Counted from the first letter of the stretch, positions 24,700 through 36,432 are shown. The stretch: DNA of 64,000 nt from Octopus sinensis (GCF_006345805.1 NC_043001.1:23436001-23500000); one strand, 5' to 3'. Numbers and translations: made by a program. The notes: generated by a model not told the origin, from the letters alone.

Positions 24700-25047
24700 C
24701 CTGTATCTGATATTATTTGACGCTAAGAGGAGAGGAGCTCTCCCGAAGGAAGAGAATACATCTGTCTGTGTGTATACTCCTTTTCGAAACAGATAGGCTC
24801 AATTTTTTTTATCGGTTTTAATTTTATCGCCCGTCGAATCTCAGTACGGATCAGATTTAAGTTCTGTTCTGTTCTGTCGCGCACACTCTCTTTGTGGTAA
24901 ATTACATCCGTGGCGGGGTCCGTTCTCGGAGCATTTCGAATTTCTTCAAAGTAGGATTGAGTCTAATGCGTATCACGAAATTTATCCTGGTTGGGATCAA
25001 TATACTGATTTGTCTCTAGGAAGGTAGCTATTTTAATAATATGAGAG
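24700..25047 (+). promoter_or_regulatory. second candidate promoter/non-coding first exon
   Basis: CpG-enriched unique sequence with donor-like AAG|GTAGCT (25024) and GAG|GTTAGT (25048). Inference only. Confidence 0.3.
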
Positions 25048-25109
25048 GTTAGTGAGACAGGACGTTAATTCACACACAAACACACGTTTATATACGCATC
25101 AACGTATAC

Positions 25110-25490
25110 TTTGTTTGTCTGCCTGCCTGTCTATCTATCTATCTACCTGTCTGTCTGTCTATCTATCTGTCTATCTATATCTATCTATCTGTCTTTCTCT
25201 CTCTCTCTCTATCTATATCTATCTATCTGTCTTTCTCTCTCTCTATCTCTCTCTCTCTCTATCTATCTATCTGTCTTTCTCTCTCTCTAACTATCTATCT
25301 ATCTGTCTTTCTCTCTCTCTCTAACTATCTATCTGTCTTTCTCTCTCTCTATCTATCTATATCTATCTACCTGTCTATCTATCTATCATCTACCTATCTG
25401 TCTGTCTTTCTCTCTCTCTCTATCTATCTATCTATATCTATCTATCTATCTATCTATCTTTCTCTCTCTAACTATCTATCTATCTATCTA

Positions 25491-25535
<45 letters not shown>

Positions 25536-25590
25536 ATATCTATCTACCTGTCTATCTATCTGTTATCTATCTATCTCTGTCTGTCTGGTC
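25110..25590. repeat. (TCTA)n/(TC)n compound microsatellite
   Basis: Directly visible. Confidence 0.95.
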
Positions 25591-25722
25591 ACTACGCTGA
25601 TAACAATAACACAAATAAAGTTCAGTTCCAATACTTCATTGTTAGTTTGTTAAATATCTTACCAACTAACTAATTAATCGGGTTTAACGTGCAGGCTAAA
25701 CAACCAATTGGTTGTTTGTTTG

Positions 25723-26760
25723 CAGTGGTGGGCACAGCTAACCAAAACGTTAGCTTCGCAAACACTAAACTGCTAAATAGGTAAAAAAAAATTACCAGAA
25801 GCTAACACTAAATGATAACCGCTAACTTTTATCATATGAATTTAGTTTCGGTTTGATTTTTTTGGCTCTAAAATCTCCTAAAAGCAGATCATTTATTTTT
25901 TATTTATGGGCCCTTTTCAAGCCTAGCCAGGCTCATGGGCCCGGTTACCTGGTTTCTGTGTCGTATGTGTTCCCCACCCCCAGCTGGACGGGACGCCAGT
26001 CCATCACAGTGTTACTCAAGAAACAGGAAGAAAGAGTGATAGAAAGTTGGGATGAAAGAGTACAACAGGGGTCGCCACCACCCCTTGCTGGAACCTTGTG
26101 GAGCTTTAGGTGTTTTCGCTCAATAAACACACACAACGCCCAGTCTGGGAATCGAAACCGCGATCGGAGGATCGCAAGTCAGCTGCCCTAATGACTGGGC
26201 CATTGCGTCTCCACAAAAAAGAAAAACAGATCTAGAGTGCTGAAATTGTCATGTTGTAGCTTAGACATAGAGCTTTCCAAAAAGGTGTAGCATGCCAAGA
26301 TCAGATGAGGATCAAGGTGTACTACTCTGGCTGGGTCTTCTCAATCACTGGTTGCCCTTCATAAACATCCATCTCTCAAAGTTGTCATCTGACAGAGTGG
26401 CTCTCTTGGCCCTCAAAATATCTTTGCCTGTAGAGAATAGGTGCTCAACTGCAGTACTGGACAGGATGGTAGTGTTATATTTGGTGAGCAGGTCGATCAA
26501 AACCTGCTCACCCAAAATGACGACTTCTGTCTGGAAATCCTTCAAGATGGCCTCCAGGCAGGCCTTCACCAAGTTCTGTGGCTCTTGCTGCCCTGGAACC
26601 AAGTGATGTTGCTGAAAAAATCATCTTCCTCATCTTCACTGCTGGTGGTACTGCTGCCCTTCTCATTGGTCTTCATTAGGACTGTCTCTATGACAGCCTC
26701 CATAGTGTTTATTGCTCTGCTAACCTGGCTGTTATTTTACTGCTCCAGCCAGAGCAAGCA
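25723..26760 (-). mobile_element. hAT DNA transposon 3' remnant, interrupted by a SINE at 25935-26214
   Basis: KYNTTILSSTAVEHLFSTGKDILRAKRATLSDDNFERWMFMKGN matches the hAT C-terminal dimerisation domain. A CAGTGGTGGGCA terminus starts at 25723. Confidence 0.8.
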
Positions 26761-26829
26761 AGAGAATACACACACACATATGCGTGTATGTGTGTGAGTT
26801 GAAAGTATTACCATATAAATATATTTACC

Positions 26830-27210
26830 ATAATCCTAGAAATAATGAGTCATAAACATTAAAATGCAATTTAGATATATTGAACCACCTCCAAAAAGCA
26901 ATCAATGGTTGTCTTTGATGTGGTGAACTTATACACCAATACCCCTCGAAACTATAGAATAGAGGCAACAAAATTCTGCTTGGGAAGCTATTCAGAATAA
27001 TTACCAGGATGTATAAAATATATTATTGAAAGATTAAAATTTATCCTCCAAAATAGTTATTTCATGTTTGATGTCAACTACTTCTTACAAATATCTAGAA
27101 CTTCAATGGGGATGAAAGTAGCCCCGGTTCTTGCAAATCTGGTAATGGGATATGTTAAAAAGACTATGTATCAAGAATCACTACAAAATTATGGAAATTA
27201 CTTGCTTCCT
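26830..27210 (+). pseudogene. Penelope-like element reverse-transcriptase remnant
   Basis: One frame from 26908 reads VVFDVVNLYTNTP...*...LKFILQNSYFMFDVNYFLQISRTSMGMKVAPVLANLVMGY, i.e. the PLE RT motifs (D..LYTN.P; F.F....Y.Q..G..MG...AP..AN..M), with one in-frame stop. Confidence 0.8.
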
Positions 27211-27678
27211 AACCACATGATTCTGTGTGCAGTCCTGTTGCATGGCACCACGGGTTAGTGTTTTCTGCTGTAGCCTCAGGCTAACCAAAGCCTTGTGAAT
27301 GGATTTGGTGGATGTAAACTGAAAGAAGCCTGTTGTACACACACACACATATGTATGTGTGTATGTGTGTTGGTGTTTGTCCCCATATCACTGGTTGACG
27401 ACCAGTGATTGTGTTTCCATCCTCTGACTTAGCAGCTCAGCAAAAAGACCAACAGAATAAGTAATAGGCTTAAAGAGTAGGTTCCAGGGTCAATTTAGTC
27501 AACTGAAACCTTTCAAGGTGATGCTCCAGTATGGCCACAATCAAATAACTGAAACATGTAAAAGAATATATATATATATATATAATAATAATAATATTAG
27601 GGAGTATATGTATTGGTTTATGTCTGTCACTGTTTGAATTGCCTAATAGTGGTTTTATCTCTAATTCATATTTTATAT

Positions 27679-27734
<56 letters not shown>

Positions 27735-27817
27735 CTCTCTCTATATATACATATATATATACATATCTATATCTATATATAGATGAGTGATATATATATA
27801 CATATATGTATAATAAT

Positions 27818-28066
27818 AAATATTAGGGAATAAATCCAAATTTACAGGGAAAAATCAGATTTATGATTGAATCCAATTTTATAGTAAAATATAATATAAT
27901 ATTAATTAGAGACAAAACCACTATTATGCAAATCAAACAAAGAAAGACTTAATCCAATACATAAAAAATTTTAAATTATATTTAATTATATAAAATTTTT
28001 TATGTATTGGATTATGTCTTTCTTTGTTTGATTTGCATAATAGTGGTTTTGTCTCTATTAATATTA
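27818..28066. mobile_element. family A PLE-like terminus as asymmetric fold-back; unpaired copy at 59248-59420
   Basis: The left arm carries the full family end (AATATTAGGGAATAAATCC). The right inverted arm stops at GTCTCTATTAATATT, followed by (TA)n. Confidence 0.75.
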
Positions 28067-28069
28067 TAC

Positions 28070-28121
<52 letters not shown>

Positions 28122-28377
28122 CATACACACACACATATACATATATATATATACATATATATATATATATCATCATCATCATCATCATCGTTTAACGTCT
28201 GCTTTCCATGCTAGCATGGGTTGGACGGTTCAACTGGGGTCTGGCAAGCTCGAAGGCTGCACCAGGCCAGTCAGATCTGGCAGTGTTTCTACAGCTGGAT
28301 GCCCTTCCTAACGCCAACCACTCCGAGAGTGTAGTGGGTGATTTTATGTATATATATATATATATACATACACACAC

Positions 28378-28408
<31 letters not shown>

Positions 28409-28427
28409 ATATATATATATATATATA

Positions 28428-28481
<54 letters not shown>

Positions 28482-28516
28482 TATATATACATATATATAA
28501 TATATATATATATACA

Positions 28517-28548
<32 letters not shown>

Positions 28549-28567
28549 CATACATATATATATAACA

Positions 28568-28600
<33 letters not shown>

Positions 28601-28607
28601 CTATATA

Positions 28608-28701
<94 letters not shown>

Positions 28702-28986
28702 CACACATATATATATACACACACACACATGGAAAACAGGAGATGCAGATCTTCATCACTGTCATTATCATCATTTTAACGTCCACTTTTTCATGCTTGC
28801 ATGGGTCAGATGGCAGTTCATTGAGGCAGACTTTGTATGGCTGGGTGTCTTTCCTGTCACCAGAACCTTACCTATTTCCAAGCAAGGTGATATTTCTCGT
28901 TAGCTAGGCATGGTTTTGCTGAATATTAGAAAAGGATGATATGCAACGTCGATGGAAAAGTGACACAAACATACATTCATTCACAT

Positions 28987-29028
<42 letters not shown>

Positions 29029-29697
29029 AGAGAGAGGAAGTGCTTTCAGTTTCCATCTATCAAATTCACTAACAAGGCTTTGATTACTTCAGGGCTTTAC
29101 TATAAGACACCTGCCTAAGTTCCCATGCAGTGGGACTGAACCTGAGACCATGTGGTTAGAAAGCAACTTTCTCATCTGTACATGGCCGATGCCAGCACCG
29201 CCTTGACTGGCTTCTGTGCCGGTGGCACATAAAAAGCACCATCTGAACGTGACCGATGCCAGCACCGCCTTGGCTGGCTTCCGTGCCGGTGGCACGTTAA
29301 AAGCAACAACTGATCGTGGCTGATGCCAGACCCCCCTGGCACCTGTGCCGGTGGCACGTAAAAAGCACCCACTACACTCGCGGAGTGGTTGGCGTTAGGA
29401 AGGGCATCCAGCTGTAGGAACACTGCCAGATCAGACCGGAGCCTGGTGCAGCCCCTGGCTTCCCAGACCCCGGTCGAACCGTCCAACCCGTGCTAGCGTG
29501 GAGAACGGACGTTAAACGATGATGATGATGATGATGATATTGGTGCCTGTGCCTAAACATGCAAACAAATGGGATTTCACAGTGTGGAGTGTGTCAGAGG
29601 GAAGTTGTTCATCACAGTAATTTTCCATGTATATGAAATACTATATTTAAACATGCTAGCATGGAGAATGGATGTTAAACGATGATATATATATATA

Positions 29698-30336
29698 TAG
29701 TCCATAACCCGTGAGTCCATAACCCGTGGCCTTCTACATGGGATGGAGCCAGCCTACGTATGCATACCTTCCCTTCTTGGGACACAAAACTCTACTTGTG
29801 AAGACCTGTTGAGGCAAGTGAGGATCAGAATCGAAATCGATCAATGGAAATCGATCAATGGAAATTGCAGATGTGTTACCAGTGCCGGTGGCATGTCGAA
29901 ACTCTACTTGTGAAGACCCGTTGAGGCAAGTGAGGATCAGAATCGAAATCGATCAATGGAAATCGATCAATGGAAATTGCAGATGTGTTACCAGTGCCGG
30001 TGGCATGTAAGAGAACCTTCCATTTCGCGACCGTTGCCAGCACCGCCCCGTTTCGTGTCCGTTGCCAGCCTCGCCTGGCCCTCGTGCCGGTGGCACATAA
30101 AAAGCACCATCCGTTCGTGGCCGTTTGCCAGCTCTGTCTGGCACCTGTGCGGGTGGCACGTAAAAAGCACCCACTACACTCACGGAGTGGTTGGCGTTAG
30201 GAAGGGCATCCAGCTGTAGAAACTCTGCCAGATTTGACTGGGCCTGATGAAGCCTTCTGGCTTCACAGACCCCAGTAGAACCGTCCAACCCATGCTAGCA
30301 TGGAAAACGGACGCTAAACGATGATGATGATGATGA

Positions 30337-30340
<4 letters not shown>
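29698..30340 (+). mobile_element. RTE 3'-UTR copy closely matching 4904-5520
   Basis: Same internal duplication (AAACTCTACTTGTGAAGACC...) and same (GAT)n end. Confidence 0.85.
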
Positions 30341-30390
<50 letters not shown>

Positions 30391-30392
30391 AT

Positions 30393-30825
30393 AATATTAG
30401 GGAATAAATCCAAACTTACATGGAAAAATCAGATTTAGGATTGAATCCAATTTTATAGTAAAATATTATATTATATTAAATTAGAGACAAAACCACTATT
30501 ATGCCAAACAAGCAATGAAAGACTTAAGCCAATACATAAATTAATTTATATTATTTAGATATGTAACAATTATTAAAAATATAATTAATATCCACTACGA
30601 TCGTTTCCTGTCTTCTGTCATCAAATTTTTGAGTAGCAGACATTCATCAGGTGGTTTCAAAATTTTCTTGGCGAGTTGTTTAAAACTCGCCAAGAAAATT
30701 GTGGATATTAATTATATTTTTAATAATTGTTACATATCTAAATAATATAAATTAATTTATGTATTGGCTTAAGTCTTTCATTGCTTGTTTTGCATAATAG
30801 TGGTTTTATCTCTAATTTAATATAA
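30393..30825. mobile_element. family A-related PLE-like fold-back containing a hammerhead in its loop
   Basis: Arms at about 30474-30595 and 30701-30822, flanked by (TA)n. Confidence 0.75.
30592..30654 (-). ncRNA. type I hammerhead ribozyme with extended helix II; predicted cleavage GUA|GUGG between 30596 and 30595
   Basis: Minus strand: CCAC CTGATGA A TGTCT-(24 nt)-AGACA G GAAA C GATC G TA GTGG. Helix III is the perfect palindrome ACGATCGT; the first helix II pair is an A.G mismatch. Confidence 0.7.
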
Positions 30826-30849
30826 TTATATATATATATATATATACTG

Positions 30850-31078
30850 CTGGGGAGAGTCATTCTCTTTTGGTGCTTTGTAGTTTGACACACTCACCGA
30901 TAGAATTTCCACTTATTTCTTTTGTGTTTTTCTAACATTTTTGTTGCATCTTGCATCATTTTCAATAGTCAAAACTGTTGAAAAAGTTGCAAGACACAAC
31001 GAAAATTTTGGAAAAGTGGAAAAGAAATCGGTGAGTGTGTTAAGTTGTAGGGCACTGAAAGAGAATGACACTCCCCAG
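30850..31078. repeat. older, degenerate fold-back
   Basis: CTGGGGAGAGTCATTCTCTTTT ... AAAGAGAATGACACTCCCCAG, with weaker internal symmetry (ACACACTCACCGAT/ATCGGTGAGTGTGT). Confidence 0.65.
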
Positions 31079-31479
31079 ACACAACAGAATATGCTTCAAC
31101 ACACGAATTCACTGACCAACATCAACCCTTTCCTTTCTTGTGAGGACACCTGAACTGCTCACAGGCTCTTTCAGGATAAAATTGAATGTATGACAAAAAA
31201 GAAGGAGATTATAGTTGTGAGGTGCTCCAACCCAATCTAGGTGTGCCTAATTTTTATGATTGTTTTAGTTTGTGTGCTTTTTATATAATCATATACTTGT
31301 TTTTTATTCATTAGACTCTCAATGCTTAGGTGTGGTTCATCATACAAAGAACAACTTACCTTACTTGAGAAACAAGTTAAGGTTTGTATGCCGTATGTGT
31401 GAGTGTATATATATATATATATATAACATAAATTCGGTATGTGGTAAGGCAACTCGTTGCTAAACCCTTTATTGCTTAG

Positions 31480-31535
<56 letters not shown>

Positions 31536-31730
31536 TATATACATATATTATATATATACATATATATAACATATATTATATATACATATAATACATATAT
31601 ATACACATATATATATATACATATATATACATATATATATATACATATATATATACATATATATTATATACATATATATATATACATATATTATATATAC
31701 ATATATATACATATATATATATATAATATA

Positions 31731-31761
<31 letters not shown>

Positions 31762-31951
31762 CAGTGTACATGTATTTCCTTGATGTTGGTTATAGAACTA
31801 TGAGTTCAATATGGAACATTATTGTGTTTGTTAATGTATATTGACTTGTATTGTTTATATTGTATTATGTGTATATATAGATGTGTAGAATATGAGTGTC
31901 TATGCACACATATTTATATTTATATGTAATTTTTTTCATACTTACTTAAAT

Positions 31952-32062
31952 TCTCTGAAGAGGCCGTGAGACATTCTTGTTAATGTCTCATTTATACCTG
32001 CTTTATATAGCTAATAGGTTAAATGGGACATACCTGTCTTCACGGCCGAAACAGCTGTCAGA
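31952..32062 (+). ncRNA. type I hammerhead ribozyme with long branched helix II; predicted cleavage after C32059 (GUC)
   Basis: TCT CTGAAGA GGCCGTGA-(70 nt)-TCACGGCC GAAA C AGCT G TC AGA: 8-bp helix II with canonical G10.1-C11.1, palindromic ACAGCTGT, 3-bp helix I. AATAAA lies downstream, and the element ends in (TA)n at about 32230. Confidence 0.8.
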
Positions 32063-32344
32063 TACAATATAAATGTATTTTCTATTTCTATTTCTATGTC
32101 TTGTTATATTTGTAATATATTATGTATAATATAACTGCTGTTGTGTAATGGTTTAATAAAGTACTGATTGGGTATTATCTGATGGTTGATGATTGATTTA
32201 GGTATATTTCTCCATTTTCTCATTTTGTATTATATATATATTAACAATTGAGGATAAAATCTTTAAAAGAAATTATCAGTAGTCAGCGTGAAAAACCTCG
32301 TAAGAGAAAAAATCCGTAAATTCTTCCTCTTTGAAAATATTCAT

Positions 32345-32573
32345 TTATATTATATTGAGGGTACTACTATTCGTAGATACCAACACGCTAAGAGGGACCA
32401 ATGCGGTCAAAACTACTAAAAATAAACAAAATTTTACCGAATGCAAAACTTCAAAACACATCATTTTAAAAAAGAATTCAGTTACATTTTGTTTATTTTT
32501 AGTAGTTTTGACCGCATTGGTCCCTCTTAGCGTGTTGGTATCTACGAATAGTAGTACCCTCAATATAATATAA
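32345..32573. repeat. near-perfect fold-back (about 88-bp arms)
   Basis: TTATATTATATTGAGGGTACTACTATTCGTAG...AATAAACAAAAT and its reverse complement. This explains the mirror-image ORFs in the track. Confidence 0.9.
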
Positions 32574-32604
32574 AATATATATATATATATGTATATATGT
32601 ATAT

Positions 32605-32900
32605 ATAATACAAATAAGAAAATGGAGAAACAAATTCAGTTTATTCAAATAATCCAACATTATAATATCCGTAAGTTGATGAACAAACTAAATTTGTTTC
32701 CCCATTTTCTTATTTGTATTATGAATTTACGGTAAAAATATTTCTTTACCTTCGCCCGTTTAATACAATAAATGAATTAATTGCATTGCAATTAAAAACA
32801 TTTATGTATTAAGAATTTGGGTACTTTACCAACAGTATATTGGATAAATGATATCCCATAGTGGGTTACACCAATAACCCCTATCTTACTTTGTACTATA
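32605..32900 (+). mobile_element. family B PLE-like terminus with fold-back at 32605-32722
   Basis: Inverted ATAATACAAATAAGAAAATGG arms. The + arm continues to ACCCCTATCTTACTTTGTAC(TA)n, homologous to 14965-15130 on the minus strand. Confidence 0.6.
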
Positions 32901-32994
32901 TATATATATGTGTGTATGTGTGTGTATATGTATATATAAATGCGTGTGTGGGTGTGTGTGTGTATATATATATATATGTATATATATGTGTGTC

Positions 32995-33031
<37 letters not shown>

Positions 33032-33261
33032 GCCCTTAATCATCATCAATATCATCATCATCATCATCATCATCGTTTAACGTCCGTTCTCCATGCTAGC
33101 ATGGGTTGGACGGTTCGACCGGGGATCTGGGAAGCCTTAATATGAATAAATATATTTAAAGGGAATAATTAATAATTTTTTCCCTTATGAGGTTTTTCAT
33201 GCTGACTACTTGATAAAGTCTTATAAAGATTTTATCCTATTTTTAAATAGTGTGTATATAT

Positions 33262-33458
33262 ATTTCACACTGGGTATTGAACCAAATGTTAAGTAATATT
33301 ATTTGCCATGCATGGGTTGGCAAGCAAACAAAAACTATGCCATGTTTCTCATATGTCTGTGCAATGATCATGTGGTATTACTCCTCCGTGCTGTTATATA
33401 AAAGCATGTTATATAATGTGATACTACTTATCTGTGCTGTTATATAACACTTTGATTA

Positions 33459-33460
<2 letters not shown>
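33262..33460 (+). repeat. unclassified ~200-bp repeat; inverted copy at 37045-37245
   Basis: Near-identical reverse-complement copies, each ending in (TA)n. Confidence 0.7.
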
Positions 33461-33501
<41 letters not shown>

Positions 33502-33534
33502 TATATATATATATTTATATATATATATATATAT

Positions 33535-34492
33535 CATCATCATCATCGTTTAACGTCCGCTTTCCATGCTTGGACGGTTGGACGGTTCAACTGGGGTCTG
33601 GCAAGCCCGAAGGCTGCACCAGGCCAGTCAGATCTGGCAGTGTTTCTACAGCTGGATGCCCTTCCTAACGCCAACCACTCCGAGAGTGTAGTGGGTGATT
33701 TTATGTTCCACCGACACAGGTGCCAGACGAGGCTGGCAGACGGCCACGCTCGGATGTGTTTTTTATGTGCCACCGACACAGGTGCCAGACGAGGCTGGCA
33801 GACGGCCACGCTCGGATGGTGTTTTTTGTGCCACCGACACAGGTGCCAGACGAGGCTGGCAGACGGCCACGCTCGGATGGTGTTTTTTTTTGTGCCACCG
33901 ACACAGGTGCCAGACGAGGCTGGCAGACGGCCACGCTCGGATGGTGTTTTCTATGTGCCACCGACACAGGTGCCAGACGAGGCTGGCAGACGGTCACACT
34001 CGGATGGTGTTTTCTTATGTGCCACCGACACAGGTGCCAGACGAGGCTGGCAGACGGCCACGCTCGATGGTGTTTTTTATGTGCCACCGACACAGGTGCC
34101 AGACGAGGCTGGCAGACGGCCATGCTCGGATGGTGTTTTTTATGCCACCGACACAGGTGCCAGACGAGGCTGGCAGACGGCCACGCTCGGATGGTGTTTT
34201 TTATGTGCCACCACACAGGTGCCAGACGAGGCTGGCAGACAGCCACGCTCGGATGGTGTTTTTTATGTGCCACCGACACAGGTGCCAGACGAGGCTGGCA
34301 GACGGCCACGCTCGGATGGTGTTTTTTATGTGCCACCGACACAGGTGCCAGACGAGGCTGGCAGACGGTCACACTCGGATGGTGTTTTCTTATGTGCCAG
34401 TTTTTTATGTACCACCGACACAGGTACCAGACGAGGCTGGCAGACAGCCACGCTTGGATGGTGTTTTCTTATGTGCCACCGACACAGGTGCC

Positions 34493-34495
<3 letters not shown>
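33535..34495 (-). mobile_element. RTE 3'-UTR copy with about 13 tandem ~61-bp units (33700-34495)
   Basis: The unit GTGCCACCGACACAGGTGCCAGACGAGGCTGGCAGACGGCCACGCTCGGATGGTGTTTTTTAT is repeated. This explains the long overlapping ORFs. Confidence 0.9.
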
Positions 34496-34526
<31 letters not shown>

Positions 34527-35623
34527 TATTATAAAAGGCAGATTTATCTGCCTCCCTTTGGAGTTATAGAAATCTACAATTTAGGATTTCTTCAATTACA
34601 ATTTACCTAGCATTTTTAAGAGTACAATGCATCGCGTCATGCCAGGTCCAGTTTTTAAAATTTAAACTCCATTAAGCAAAATTTACAGAAAACTCACATT
34701 CTGGTGTGTGTGTCCAATGCTTTTCTTAGTCTGCTTTACACCACACGCAAACGCACACACACAGTGGGCAACGAATAAAATGAAAGTAATTCACTTACTG
34801 TAGTGAGTGATTCTTTCACTCTGCCTCCCACTTCCTCTTTCCACACATAGACACGCAAATATATAAATAAAATTGTAAGCTAACGTGCGTGTGTGTGAGT
34901 GTGTGTGTGTGTGTGCGCGGGTGTGTGTGTGCGTGTGTGACAGGAAAGTTTTTTACGACGAATATAAGACCTATATCCAAGTAGCAGAAAGATAAGACAG
35001 TAAGGTGTGATTTGAGGGAGATTTGCCTGCTATTTCTACCATGTCTAGCTGCCATGTAGGGGTCTCCCTCATAGGCTCATACATACATATATACATAAGA
35101 CAGTAAGGTGTGATTTGGGGGAAATTTGGCTGCTATTTCTACCAGGTCTAGCTACCATGTAGAGGTCCCCCTCATTGGCTCATATATATATACATACATA
35201 AGACAGTAAGGTGTGATTTGAGGGAGATTTGGCTGCTGTTTCTACCAGGTCTGTTAGGCTTCTCATGTAAACTCAAGCTTTCTCATGCCTTGAACATAAG
35301 ACCAAAGCAGAGAATGTATTCTTTTATTCTTCTGCTTTTTCCAGCCATTGTCTGTGGCCATGCTGGGGCAATGCCTTGAAGAATTGTAGTTTAATGAATC
35401 AACTCCAGTTTTATTTTTTGTAAGCATTGTACTTATTCTATCTGTTTTCCTTGTCAAACCACTAGGTGACAGGGATGTAAACAAACCAACATTCGTTTCA
35501 AGCAGTGGTGAGGACAATCACAAGCACAGACACGCACACACACACCATACATGCATACACATATACACACATACATACATACATACATACATATATACAT
35601 ATATATATGTGTGTATATATATA

Positions 35624-35945
35624 TTGCAGCGTGGAAGTTGTTTGTAAGCCATTTAAGAAACACCAAAAAACCGTTACATTCACTTCAACATTTAATTTAA
35701 TTTGCCAAAATATTTTCGTCGCTTTGAGACCGCGACCTGTTCACTGACAAAAATATCGTGCTAACAGGTCGCGGTCTCAAAGCGACGAAAATATTTTGAC
35801 AAATTAAATTAAATGTTGAAGTGAATCCAACGGTTTTTGTGTGTTTCTTAAATGGCTTATAAACACTTCAACGCTGCAACTGTTTTCGTTCCAGCACACG
35901 ATCTCAGATCAAGTCACTTGCTATGCAAGTACATCTCTGTAACTA
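35624..35945. repeat. asymmetric fold-back (about 115-bp arms, 35624-35879) with the right arm extended to (TA)n
   Basis: TTGCAGCGTGGAAG...GAGACCGCGACCTGTT / AACAGGTCGCGGTCTC...CGCTGCAA. Confidence 0.85.
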
Positions 35946-36039
35946 TATATATATTTATATATATATATATGTATATTGGTAAAAACAGTAAGATAACAAA
36001 AGTAAGAAAGAGACCTCAATATTATGTAAATAGAGGAAA

Positions 36040-36432
36040 TCTTTATATATAAAAGTGAGGTTGTGTGTCTGTCTCCTACGATTTAGATTCCTAACTACTC
36101 CCACATTTTGCGGTGCAGTTTAACCAAAACCGGGTATCTTATAGTCGTGATTCATATCGAGACCGTCTGGGTATTAGCGCGCGTCTACGATGAGTCTACG
36201 ATTAAAAAAAAAATTACCATCAATTTTTCCCATTTTTAATCCTTTTTGACATATATAAGGGAAGTAACTCTCTAAAATTTATTATTAAATCTCAGAACGT
36301 AAAAAGCTACAGTAACACCCCTCCCCCTTTGTGGTTAGCCATATTGAGATGGCTATTATACTTTACATCTCTAAAAATGCTTATATAATTATTTCCCTTA
36401 CAAACCCGAGCAACGCCGGGCGATACTGCTAG
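36040..36432 (+). mobile_element. non-autonomous Helitron; sister copy at 44008-44399
   Basis: 5' TC start, 3' CCCGAGCAACGCCGGG hairpin followed by CTAG, inserted between A and T. The sister copy ends CTAA. Confidence 0.75.

Noticed and set aside
33640-34610. Overlapping 220-310 aa repetitive ORFs (also at 20032-20915) and a CRISPR-like appearance
   Set aside because: These are head-to-tail ~61-bp units without unique spacers, inside an RTE 3' UTR in a eukaryotic context, with no cas genes.
34995-35260. About 2.5 tandem copies of a ~102-bp unit (and ~47-bp x3 at 22545-22650)
   Set aside because: These are ordinary local duplications of degraded repeat pieces with no sign of function.
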